Below are positions 36,972 through 49,028 of a stretch of DNA of 64,000 bases, in pieces. Both the position numbers and the translations under genes were made by a program. Under the pieces are notes generated by a model. That model was not told where the DNA came from. It ran no database searches and worked only from the letters and a program-made list of their open reading frames with translations. Positions within the stretch are counted from its first letter, which is position 1; the number at the start of each line of letters is the position of its first letter. Location: NCBI GenBank assembly GCA_950097015.1, contig CATNEN010000038.1:2666001-2730000 (forward strand). Reading direction: 5' to 3'. The DNA comes from Macrostomum hystrix. Lineage: Eukaryota; Animalia; Platyhelminthes.

Positions 36972-39380
36972 ATGGCTCGCACCAGCCTGCATGCCCTCTG
37001 CCGACTGAAGGTTCTCATTGTGCTGACCCTCATTCTGGTAAGATTCATGTACTACAGGGGTAGGCAAACTTATTTGCTGGCGGGCCAAAGAGAGAGCCTA
37101 AAAGACGACAGCGGGCCGCATTGACTGTATAAATATGAGATAGGGGAGAGATGAGACACGGGAGAGATGAGATACAGGAAAGATGGGACACGAGAGAGAT
37201 GAGACACGGGAGAGATAAGACAGGGAAGAGATTAGACACGGGAGAGATTAGACACGGGAGAGATTAGACACGGGAGAGATTAGATACGGGAGAGATGAGA
37301 CACGGGAGAGATGAGACACGGGAGAGATTAGACACGGGAGAGATTAGACACGGGAGAGATAAGACACGAGAGAGATAAGACAGGGAAGAGATTAGACACG
37401 GGAGAGATGAGACACGGGAGAAATGAGACGAGAGAGATAAGACAGGGAAGAGATTAGACACGGGAGAGATTAGACACGGGAGAGATTAGATACGGGAGAG
37501 ATTAGATACGGGAGAGATGAGACACGGGAGAGATTAGACACGGGAGAGATGAGACACGAGAGAGATGAGACACGGGAGAGATAAGATAGGGAAGAGATTA
37601 GACACGGAAGAGATTAGACACGGGAGAGATTAGATACGAGAGCGATGAGACACGGGAGAGATTAGACACGAGAGAGATGAAACAGGACACTGTAGATGTC
37701 AGAAGGGGCAACGGGCCGGATTTGGGAGCTTCGAGGGCCGCATCTGGCCCGCGGGCCGGAGTTTGCCGACCCCTGATGTACTACGAGCATTCATTCATTC
37801 GAAGAGCTTCTGCTTGGCATCGCTTTCAACCAAAATTCAACTCCACTCCACTCAGATCATCGCCACTTTAGTCTTCCTGGCAGTCATGAAGCCGTCAAGG
37901 TCAAGGTTTGCAAAGAGGCTCATTGTGAACAGAAAGGACGGACTGATACCGAAGATCTTGCACCAGACTTTCACAACGACACAAGTGTTCGTGGAATACA
38001 GGAAGCAAATTGAGAACTGCTTGAAGCTGAACCCTGACTGGCAGTACTACCTGTGGACCGATGACGACATTGTGGCCTTCATTAATGACCACTATCCGTA
38101 CTTCATGCGCAAGTACCTCGTCTACAAGATGCACGTACAGCGGGGAGACAGCATCCGGTACATGGCGCTGCACCACTTCGGAGGTGAGTTGCTTTTTCCA
38201 TATGTTCTCCTGGGAAAAGTACTCCATGATGGTAGACATATGACGTGTCGTCAAACTCGCGATTAAAAAAAATTATCCTGTCTATCATCTAAGGCTCAAG
38301 CGATGGGTGCCAAAATGGTCTAACTCGGTTCCTTTTCGCACCGAAGTCCTTGAGCTCGATTCCTGAGCTCGAGCAACATTCATTTGAGACGCAGCCGCGG
38401 AGAGAAGGCTTGGGGGCTTGTCATGCTATTTACGCTTTTTGAGGGCCAACCAAAAAAGGCACAGTGAAATGTACGCTGCCTGAGGATGCGAAAGTCAGAG
38501 CAGATGTACACACCTGAATATGTCAGCGTGTGTGTGCGAGAGTCAGCGAAATTGGCAGAACTGCCTCCTCGCTGGCTGCGGGTCTAGTGCCTAGTGTCCT
38601 GCAGTTATTATTATTATATATTATTATTATCATTCTGGCTTCCGCGCTGCCAGGAATCTACATCGACATGGATGTCGAGTGCGTCAAGCCGTTCTTTCCC
38701 AGCTTGTCCAACCTGACAGCATTCGTGGATCAGGAGGCCAAGGAGCACGCCGTCATTCTCTACGGCAAACGCTTCAGCGCGATGAACAGCGCGATGGGCT
38801 CCGTGCCCGGGCATCCGTTCTTCATGCGCCTCGTGATCGCCATGATGGAGGTCAGCGACAAGCAGGGAGGTGCTGGACAGACTACTGGGCCGGACCTGCT
38901 GACCAACCAGCTCACGAACTGGTGGGCGCACGAGTCGACAAGGAGGCACCCGGTGACCCTGCTCGAGCCACCCGTGTTTAGCCCGCTAATTGACAATGGC
39001 CTGCATAACTTTCGGTTGAAGTGCGAACAGCTTCGACGTAAGAGTTGGCTGACTTGTTAAAGTGACTCATGCTCAGTAGTGAGGAGTTTTAAACCTGTCC
39101 TATTGATAATATCATTCCAGGTTTACCATCGCCTGCTGATTCCTCTGGATCGAAGCTGCACGAGCTCCGGCTGCATCTGTGCCAGCAGTACGCCCGGCGC
39201 AACTGGAGACACGACCTCAGCGGCCCGGAGACGGTTGGTCGACACCTGTTCTTGCACCTGGGCTACCGGTGGGGCAACCGGAAGCCAAAATACTTCGACA
39301 TTCGCGACATTGCCAAGAATGTTATGTTCTACGCAATGAACAAGAGCTCCATGATTCCGCCTCAACAATTTATCAACTAG
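36972..39380 (+). CDS. GT32 DXD glycosyltransferase, paralog A (IPC mannosyltransferase Sur1/Csg1-like), type II membrane; exons 36972-37037, 37856-38183, 38654-39037, 39121-39380
   Basis: N-terminal TM anchor across exons 1-2; IPKILHQT, NPDWQYYLWTDDD, VQRGDSIRYM, GGIYIDMDVEC, NSAMGSVPGHPFF, TTGPDLLT. Junctions in phase. Confidence 0.88.
37055..37775. mobile_element. hAT-type MITE with internal 15-bp minisatellite, intron 1 of GT32-A
   Basis: TIRs CAGGGGTAGGCAAACT / AGTTTGCCGACCCCTG; 8-bp TSD ATGTACTA (37047-37054, 37776-37783); subterminal GGGCCG motifs. Confidence 0.92.
38335..38630 (+). mobile_element. SINE family A copy in GT32-A intron 2
   Basis: Family body plus (TTA)n tail. Confidence 0.75.
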
Positions 39381-39864
39381 TTTTCGGTTGATTCTCAAAT
39401 GAGAATCTCATTCTCATTGAGCAAATTTTCGAATTGCTAGAATATGGGGGTACCTGGTGTTTCACTGCATTTTCTACTCTAGTGGCCCTTCAAATTGCAC
39501 TGCAAACACTGAAGCAATCCAACACATATCCAACAGTAAACTGTGCCAAGTCCACAGTTTGTGATCTTCATAATTCGATTGCTTCATTTTCTGTCTCTAT
39601 TTCAACTTGTAAACCAAATCTTAAGCTCACTTCTGTGTCTTTAATGTGAGCATAACTTTTTTTGGCATAAAGCCGATTTACAATATCAGAAATTGCTACT
39701 TAACTGCAGCTTCAAATGTTTGCAGCAATTCTTGATTGTATTTGACTAAGTGCCAAGCCGCTTCAATTCAGTTTCTCTTAGAGTCACTTTATGAGTCGCA
39801 ATGACAGAAAACTGCTTTACTGTACAAGCGAGAAGAATAAAAACAGGACATTAGGCATACTAAC

Positions 39865-40285
39865 ACACTGAACCCTAATCACATTGAACCCTTGTCACCT
39901 TGAGCCCTACTCACCCTGAACCCTACTCACACTGAACCCTACTCACACTGAACCCTTGTTACCTTGAGCCCTACTCACACTGAACCCTTCTCACACTGAA
40001 CCCTACTCACACTGAACCCTACTCACATTGAACCCTACTCAAACTGAACCCTTATCAACCTGAACCCTTATCAACCTGAACCCTTATCAACCTGAACCCT
40101 TATCAACCTGAACCCTTATCAACCTGAACCCTTATCACACTGAACCCTTATCACACTGAACCCTAATCACACTGAACCCTTAGCACATAAATTTGAACCC
40201 TTATCAACCTGAACCCCTATCAACCTGAACCCTTATCAACCTGAACCCTTATCAACCTGAACCCTTGTCACTCTGAACCCTAATT
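39865..40285. repeat. 16-bp minisatellite (CTGAACCCTACTCACA / CTGAACCCTTATCAAC)
   Basis: Seen directly; intergenic between the GT32 paralogs. Confidence 0.9.
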
Positions 40286-40783
40286 ACTGGGATCTCTATT
40301 TATTGCACTCAGCCCTAATTACATATGTTTCATAAATTCATTTGTTTTTCTCGAGATCATTAGAAAAAGATAAAATTTAAAAAATCTAGCGCTTTAAAAT
40401 TCTTTGGATCATTGAGAACACCTGCCGACCGTGTTTGCTGTTAAAGTTACACAATGGATGGCATGCAGCAGTGTGGCTGGCTCGCATTCATCAATGCATG
40501 CTCAGTTTTCCACGTGCCAAAATTTGATGTCAACTGCGCTGCAGGAAAGCAGACAGTTAACTCTTTGAATTGGCCCACAAACAATGTAGCCTATATATTA
40601 TATTTTTCATCTCTGGATTTGCCCCAGTGCTCATACTGTATTTCCTTGGCGTTACAGCGCCTCACGTTTCCTATATGTAAAGTTGCAGACCAGAGTGTCT
40701 TTGCTTTTCGTTTGCGAGAAATTTGTACTTTTAATTGCTTGTGTTCGCAGTCGGAATCTCATTCACGATTAGCCGGCTTAACA

Positions 40784-43505
40784 ATGATTCGCAAACTGGG
40801 ATTGTCAACGGCATGTGGACTACGAAAGTTGATCAGGATAACGGCGCTTTTGGTGAGTAGTACTTGATGATGCTCTTGATTCATATCTTAATACAGGTGA
40901 GACAGGTGAATCAGGTGCTGCTGTGATGGTATTGGTGAGACAGGTGAATCAGGTGCTGCTGTGATGGTATTGGTGAGACAGGTGAATCAGGTGCTGCTGT
41001 GATGGTATTGGTGAGACAGGTGAATCAGGTGCTGCTGTGATGGTATTGGTGAGACAGGTGAATCAGGTGCTGCTGTGATGGTATTGGTGAGACAGGTGAA
41101 TCAGGTGCTGCTGTGATGGTATTGGTGAGACAGGTGAATCAGGTGCTGCTGTGATGGTATTGATGAGACAGCTGAATCAGGTGCTGCTGTGATGGTATTG
41201 GTGAGACAGGTGAATCAGGTGCTGCTGTGATGGTATTGGTGAGACAGGTGAATCAGGTGCTGCTGTGATGGTATTGGTGAGACAGGTGAATCAGGTGCTG
41301 CTGTGATGGTATTGGTGAGACAGGTGAATCAGGTGCTGCTGTGATGGTATTGGTGAGACAGGTGAATCAGGTGCTGCTGTGATGGTATTGGTGAGACAGG
41401 TGAATCAGGTGCTGCTGTGATGGTATTGGTGAGACAGGTGAATCAGGTGCTGCTGTGATGGTATTGGTGAGACAGGTGAATCAGGTGCTGCTGTGATGGT
41501 ATTGGTGAGACAGGTGAATCGGGTGCTGCTGTGATGGTATTGGTGAGACAGCTGAATCAGGTGCTGTTGTGTTGGTAAAGGTGAGACAGTTGAATCAGGT
41601 GCTGTTGTGTTGGTAAAGGTGAGACAGTTGAATCAGGTGCTGTTGTGTTGGTACAGGTGAGACAGTTGAATCAGGTGCTGTTGTGTTGGTACAGGTGAGA
41701 CAGTTGAATCAGGTGCTGTTGTGTTTGTACAGGTGAGACAGTTGAATCAGGTGCTGTTGTGTTTGTACAGGTGAGACAGTTGAATCAGGTGCTGTTGTGT
41801 TTGTAAAGGTGAGACAGTTGAATCAGGTGCTGTTGTGTTTGTACAGGTGAGACAGCTGAATCAGGTGCTGTTCTAAGAAGATTCAGAAGATCTTTGCTGG
41901 TTTAAATAATTTCAGCTATTTTTCGCTATGCTCTACCTCGCGCTGAGACCATCGCCTGAACTAACGCACAAGGGCTCAATCAAGGTTCAAGCTCGTGATG
42001 GAAGGATCCCGAAAATCCTGCACCAGACGTTTTCAACGCCGCGTGTTTTCACGGAGTACAGGAGGTACATCAAGCGCTGTCTGGAGCTGAATCCTGACTG
42101 GGAATACTTCTTCTGGACTGATGAGGACATTGTGGCATTCATTAACGACCACTATCCTTACTTCATGCGCAAGTACCTCACTTTTAAGATGCACGTGCAG
42201 CGTGGAGACAGTATCCGGTACATGATTCTGCACCACTTTGGAGGTGAGATTAGGCCCATGAGCAGTTTTTTATATACCTTACCTTTTGAGCAATGTTTCC
42301 TTCGAGCAACTCTCCCCATAATATTTCGCTGACTCCTGAGCAGACACGCACACAGATACCGTTCGCAGGCACTCGCTCACACAGGTGCGCACATCTGCCC
42401 TAAATTTCTCATCGTCAGGCAGTGCACACTCACTGTGCCTTGGAGGTTGGCCCTAAAGGGCGTAAATTGCACGACAAGCCCCCAAGCCTTCTCTACGTGG
42501 CTGCGCTCCAAATAAATGTTCCCTCGCCGCGGAATCGAGCTTAGGGACCTTGGTGTATTTGGCAAGCGCGTTTGACTGCCACTCAGACCTCAACTTTCAC
42601 CTCTGAGCACTTTCACCATTTGAGAATATTCCATTTTTAGAACTTTCACCTTTAAGCAACTGTAACCTTTTAACTTTTTAATGCCCGCCTGCGAAAAAAA
42701 TTTCAAGAACCTTTGAGGTTTTAAATTAGTTTGACGATTGTTGCATGTTAAAGGCTTGTCAAATTTATTTATAACTCAAGTTAATGCCTACTCAATGCCT
42801 CACAATGCTGTGAACCCAGTAAAATGGCCTTTTGAAGCACTGAAATTGAGCAAATATATGAAAGTGTTGTTGCTGTGCTCATTCCGGCTTCCGCGCTGCC
42901 AGGAATCTACATCGACATGGATGTCGAGTGCGTCAAGCCGTTCTTTCCCAGCTTGTCCAACCTGACAGCATTCGTGGATCAGGAGGCCAAGGAGCACGCC
43001 GTCATTCTCTACGGCAAACGCTTCAGCGCGATGAACAGCGCGATGGGCTCCGTGCCCGGGCATCCGTTCTTCATGCGCCTCGTGATCGCCATGATGGAAG
43101 TCAGCGACAAGCAGGGAGGTGCTGGACAGACTACTGGGCCGGACCTGCTGACCAACCAGCTCACGAACTGGTGGGCCGAAAACTCGACCAGAAACCACGA
43201 AGTGACCATGCTGGAGCCGATCGTGTTCAGCCCCTTTCTTGACACAGCCACCCACGACTTCAAGAAGCTGTGTGCTGATTATCAAACCGGAGGTGGGTTT
43301 ACCCGTATTTTTCTGTTCTTGTTTGTTTTTCTGGCATTCGCAATTCGCGCTCGTCTTTTTACAAAGCTTCTCACCATCATCTCTGTACCTGCGACCTGCG
43401 TAGTCCTTTGATATAGTCCTGTGATGCAGGCACATTCGTGTGATATGCTGATACATTTTGAATGCCTGCATGGCAAGGCCGGGGAGCACGAGAATTTCCC
43501 AAATG

Positions 43506-43577
<72 letters not shown>

Positions 43578-43581
43578 CTAT

Positions 43582-43621
<40 letters not shown>

Positions 43622-44176
43622 GTCAGACAGTGAGACAGGCAGACAGGTAAGAAGGTAAACAGGCCATCACGAGAAATTTCTTTCAGGAAAATCTTTCTGC
43701 AGGAAAAAGATTGCGGGAAAATCTCGGCGGGGGAAATTTCCTGCGGGAAATTCTCATAGAACCCAAGGCTGCACTGAGGCACAGTGCTAATTCATGTATA
43801 GGGGTGTATGAAATGCACTAGCGCTTAAGGGAAAAATCATACCTTCTGCCAGAACCATTGAATATCTCGACGGTCTAAAGAGCTGGCGACTTGATTCTTC
43901 TTTCAGAAGATCCTTTATAATTGATTTCCAGATCAGGAGCCTAGTCCAGACTCAATGGTGCTAGAGAAGCGGCTGCAGTTGTGCAGCGAGTTAGCTCAGG
44001 GGGGTTGGAAACGTGATCGAACTGGCCCCGAGACTGTCGGTCGGCATCACTTCCTCCATCTTGGCTACCGCTGGGACAAAAGCCGAGCACCGAAGTACTT
44101 TGACATTCGGGATGAAGCCAAAAACGTGAAGTTCTACAGTCGTCACAAGAGTCAGATGCTGCGCATTGTCTTATAG
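40784..44176 (+). CDS. GT32 DXD glycosyltransferase, paralog B; exons 40784-40852, 41916-42243, 42903-43292, 43932-44176
   Basis: Same motifs and equivalent intron positions and phases as paralog A. C-terminus GPETVGRHHFLHLGYRW...PKYFDIRD aligns with A. Confidence 0.88.
40894..41872. repeat. 38-bp minisatellite (GGTGAGACAGGTGAATCAGGTGCTGCTGTGATGGTATT) changing to a variant at ~41560, GT32-B intron 1
   Basis: Seen directly; fills most of the intron. Confidence 0.95.
42325..42585 (-). mobile_element. SINE family A copy in GT32-B intron 2
   Basis: Family body; opposite orientation to the copy in GT32-A intron 2. Confidence 0.8.
43505..43646. repeat. (GACA)n microsatellite, GT32-B intron 3
   Basis: Seen directly. 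Confidence 0.9.
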
Positions 44177-46245
44177 CCGATTCGACAAGCAATATCGGCC
44201 ATTAGAAATGCGACAATAATTGAACTAATTATACAAACTAACTGACTGCAATTCTTGGCGGAATCCGAATCACTTGGCAGTGTACCAGTGTAGCTGAGTC
44301 GAGTTGGTTGATAGCTTTGTTATTATAAAATTATTACCAATTCATTACTCCTTAAAATCAGCACAATTTACCTTTTAGTTTTTTAATGAGCAGAGCTGTA
44401 CATTTAATCGCGTATATATACGTAAATTCGTAAATTGTTTCAATACTAATGTAGATGTTTATTTGCATAAAAAGTTTCATATATTATTGCGTCTTGCACT
44501 ATATTTGTTAGTTCGATGCAATTCATGATCAGTGGAATTCTTTATGGTTCTTAATACGTTGAGCATTATTGGATGTTCTTGACATGGGTTGTACTTTTTA
44601 ACTGATTTGCTAATGGACTCTCCGGTATAATGAGAACTTAATGACAAAAACTAAAGTAGACAGCATGATATTGTCGGTCAATAGGATCAGCCAGGTGGCG
44701 CTGCTGCCGCAAAAATAACATTCGGCGTTAAAACATAATTACATTTAATGATGTACGATGTAGAATTTTCGTGTGCTTGCAACTATTGGTTCAACCAAGG
44801 ACAGGACCCATTTATATTATTAACCTCTGAATTAGCACTTATTTTAGCTTTTAATAATGGTATTTTATTAGTCCTTTCGTTTTATTATTCAACAAACGTC
44901 ATCGAAGCTTTAGTAGCGCTCGACATTAGAACAGACAGCTAGCTTTTTATAAAAATGCGATGTTTGTATAGTTTGTTGTTCTACACCAGTTCAGATAAAG
45001 TAAACACACCGATCAGGCAAGTCTATAGCCATTCGATCATGGCTTTTGTCTCTCTTAATTGATTTTTATTTTTCACTTAATAATATTAATGAAATAGTTT
45101 GAATTGCAAAGTGGGATACAAGGCCAAGTAGTACAACACATGTATGTACTGTTGGAGTAGTATTTATACTTGTAATTCAATTTAGTTGTCCTTGTTCGGA
45201 TAGCAGGCCTTAAGTCTTAAAGATAATAAAGTCGTTTAAGGATAGCCTGGACTGCGACGACATATTTACATGTTTATAAGTGAGTTATGTAGTTTTGTCT
45301 TTTGTATTATAAGGTAGATACGAATTTCACGTCATTGCATAAAATATACACAACTAACCCGAAAAATGGCAAAATAAAGACACTTATTTGTTATTAGACA
45401 TTTATTATTTTGTTAAATGCAGCGGCTTTTTATCCTAAAATTGCGCTTTTACTGGCCTTGAATTCGACTCTGTTGTTAGTTTTAATTGGAATATTTCGCA
45501 ACGTTTAAAACTGTAAATTCGGCGAAATAAATTCAAAGCAAAATTCTAAGGGAACTAACTATAACTTGTTGCAGTTTATAAGCTTCTGAACGTTTATTCA
45601 CGTTTTTTGCAAAATAAATAAGCAGGTGAAGTTCATAGTATAAGTTACCTTATGTAAGCCTTAAAAATATTCATAACCTTGTATTAACGGCAGTATTTAA
45701 TTAGTAAAGCCAAAGGCTGAAGCTTTATGAAGACAAAGTATAACTAAAAATTTGAAAATAAAGTTCGTGCATAATCTATTGTTGTCCTCAGGAGTTATGA
45801 ACGAAAATTACCACAGCACAAAATATTTTTATCTCAATCTGGTGACACCTATCTAGGCTAAAGCGACTCTGCTACTCATCATGATTGTCCAAACTTAAGT
45901 AGCAAATAGGTATCTTATCTGTTGATTGGTCTGATCGGTAAGATCAGAGTAAATCTGGTGCTTAACTTTCACAAAAAATGCAAAAAGTCTTTTTTACCAG
46001 TTTAGAAATCATGTTAAAATGTTTTGTCTGTCATTGGCAGTAATACATGTGTAACCTCAAGAATCTTAGCTTGTCATACAACTTAGTTGTCAACAAAAAA
46101 TGTGATATACACTGCAGCAGATAGTTTGATAGAATAAAAGGTCCCAGGTCATTTCGGTGACAAGACATTTTGGTGACAGTCATTTCGGTGACTGAATTGG
46201 TCAGTTCAGAGACAACTATTTTGCACCTAAATATGCTGAGAAAAC

Positions 46246-46684
46246 GCAATGTTGAGGTTTCCTTCGTGATATTATTTTTCAAATGGATTTGAATTCGCGT
46301 ATCTACGGAGATGATTAATATGACATAATATCAATGATAAACAGTTCAGGGCAGTTTTAGTTCACAGAGACAGAGACAGACACAGAGAAGTCACAGCGGC
46401 CAGCGGGTAGTAGTGTGACACCCAGTACAGTATAGCTCCGAAAGCATTAGCCGGGTACAGGCGGCACCAGAGAAATTCCTCCAGGTGGCTTTCGAAGAGT
46501 CCGGCCAAGGTTCCATGCATGGATACAGGCTGAAAAAATATGTCCCTCCCTTATATACTAAAAGCTCACTCAGCCACATCAGCTTCATTCTATGGCACTT
46601 GCCACATCATATTAAACATCTCTGTGGATGGGCGAATTCAAATCCATTTGAAAAATAATATTGCGAAGGAAACCTCAACATTGC
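46246..46684. mobile_element. Nested MITE with ~53-bp TIRs inserted in the host element's left TIR
   Basis: GCAATGTTGAGGTTTCCTTCG...GATTTGAATTCGC / GCGAATTCAAATC...CGAAGGAAACCTCAACATTGC, flanked by an AGAAAAC duplication. Confidence 0.85.
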
Positions 46685-46847
46685 CAGAAAACAGCCTTCT
46701 ATGATCCAGCAGCTGCTTAAAGCCTGCACTCGCCTTGTCAATCCAAAACTTGAAAAATGATTATTATACACATTTAATTAGGAACAAATAACTATTGAAA
46801 CTATTGACTACTCATTAAATAATTTAATAATTTAACTCATTTTAAGT

Positions 46848-47126
46848 CATACATGCGCAACACCCGGCTGACCCAGCCGAATCGGCAGGGTGAAACGAGG
46901 GCCAAGCAAGGTAAGTCGCAAAAACCAATCGACCAAGCGCAAAAAAATCAAAGGGGGGACCAAGGGACAAAAAAGGAAGGCGTGAAGAAAAGGAAAAAGG
47001 GGAGAGAAAAAGAGCAAATGAGAGCAAATTAAGTCATAAATAGAGCAATGAAACGAACTAAGTCACAAATGAGAGCAAAAACTAAGTCGCATGGCCGGCT
47101 AAGATTTGGGAGGTTGCGCATGTATG
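46848..47126. mobile_element. Nested hAT-type MITE
   Basis: TIR CATACATGCGCAAC / GTTGCGCATGTATG; 8-bp TSD TTTTAAGT. Confidence 0.9.
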
Positions 47127-47659
47127 TTTTAAGTAAAACCCAGACTTAATCAGAGCAATGCAGCTTCTTATTAATACTTATAGCATTATTTAATTATTAC
47201 TTTATAAGTGTGCATAGTTAAAATGGAAAGCTGTTTTTAGCATATTTAGTTGCAAAAATTGTTGTCACCAATCTGACCAATTGTGTCACTGAAATGACTT
47301 GAGTTGTCACTGAAACGATTGTCACCAAAATGTCTTGTCACGGAAATGACCTGGGACCGAATAAAATAGACCTAGTCTTTTTATTGTCAATGCAAGGATT
47401 TGCAATACCTAATGACAGGGTTTTTCATATAAAATAGAAGTGTGAAACAAAAAGAAGTCAGAATTGCAAAGTTACATGTATGTCAAAGCCAACTGACTGT
47501 GCACTGATTTGAGATTTGATTGAACATTGAGATGAAATCATAGCATATTTACAAAATAGGGTTGCTTATGTTGCTTTCTCTCCTTCATAACTTGTTTCCC
47601 TCATCAGCAACATTGTTTTCCCTCAAAAGAGAAGAAAAAACAGGGAGAGAGAAGAAAAT

Positions 47660-48000
47660 CTATGACTTAGTTTTTCCTTATCTTCAAATTAGTCTTCCCT
47701 CATCTGCAACTTAGTTTTCTATCATCTGTGACTTAGCTTCTTTCTTTGCTCTGTTTATGACCTAAAACATGTTTTTTGGTCCAATTTTCAAATCTTTGTC
47801 TTCTCTATTATTTTTCTTTTCTTGTCTCTCTCTTTTTTATTATATTTCTCAGATTTCCCTTTTCTTGTTTGTGCTTTCTTCTCTTCCTCTTGTCCCTAAG
47901 TGCTCCTTTGATTTTTTCATCTATGGTCAATTGATTTTTGCTACTTCATTTTTGGCCCTTGTTTTATTTGGCCGGGTCAGCTGGGTGTTGCACATGTATG
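47660..48000 (-). mobile_element. Truncated, inverted relative of the hAT MITE at 46848-47126
   Basis: Ends GGGTCAGCTGGGTGTTGCACATGTATG, the reverse complement of that MITE's left end; shares TGACTTAG subrepeats. Confidence 0.65.
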
Positions 48001-49028
48001 TCGGAAGTAATAATAATGTTGCTAAAAGTCTAAAACTTAACTAGCTCAGATAATTGATGGATTGAAAATTACTATTGGAATAAGCCAATGGAATAATAAC
48101 ATGTTTTTGTAAGCATAGAGTATTCATATCCTTGAACACATCAAGACAAATAGATAGAACAGGCAAAGTAGTACTATTAGGAATTACACAAAAATCATGG
48201 AAATTGACCTAGTAGATAAATAAATACATTTCTAGTGAGCAATAGATTAATAATTATGGTTAAAATTCTAAATAGTAAATACAAAAATAGTTAATTGAAT
48301 GTAGATAACAGGAACTAAATATGAAAAATAGTGTTTATAATTTGTTACAATATAAAGCATCCAGGGATTGCAGGCAATTATGATTGATGATTCTTATTAT
48401 TATCATTGAAAGTCACTATATGATATATTTTTGCTCCTGTTTTGAATTGGCTCTTGGTTATTCTTGAAAATAAAAGCCTAAACTGAATGCTTACTTTAAT
48501 AGTGATAACTATTTAAAATATATCACACAAATTTAAGTTTTGCAAAATTTTACATGTTGAGCTTTTGTGTGAATGTGTGAATACCACTGCTAGCTTGGTC
48601 TATATTAAAATCCAATGGACTATAACAGGATGGCAATGAGATCACAATGGGAACACTTAAAATATAAAACTTCAATATTATTTTTATAATGTATTGCTTT
48701 GAATTGTCCTAGACCATATTCTGTCACAAAAACTTTCCCATATGTATATTTTTATTTATACAAATATTCTTTAACATAATAAAATTTCATTGTTAAATTA
48801 AAAATCAAAAAGAATAAACAATTTTGCAGTTTCTAATTAGTTATGCTATTTATTGGATAATTTAATTAAATTAAATACATTAAATATATAAATATATATT
48901 TTTAATAATTAAAAAATATTTTATAATTTATAAATAACTATCAGTTATTTTATTTTCCTTTTTTCGTTTTTTCACCTAGCAATAATGTCTGTTTTTCAGT
49001 GATAACACACACCGCGTTAGCCATAGTA

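Larger units (their letters stand above)
46140..47358. mobile_element. Non-autonomous long-TIR DNA transposon (GG...CC ends, 8-bp TSD; MULE- or Merlin-like) hosting two nested elements
   Basis: TIR GGTCCCAGGTCATTTCGGTGACAAGACATTTTGGTGACA / TGTCACCAAAATGTCTTGTCACGGAAATGACCTGGGACC, extending ~110 bp; TSD GAATAAAA (46132-46139, 47359-47366). Confidence 0.88.
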
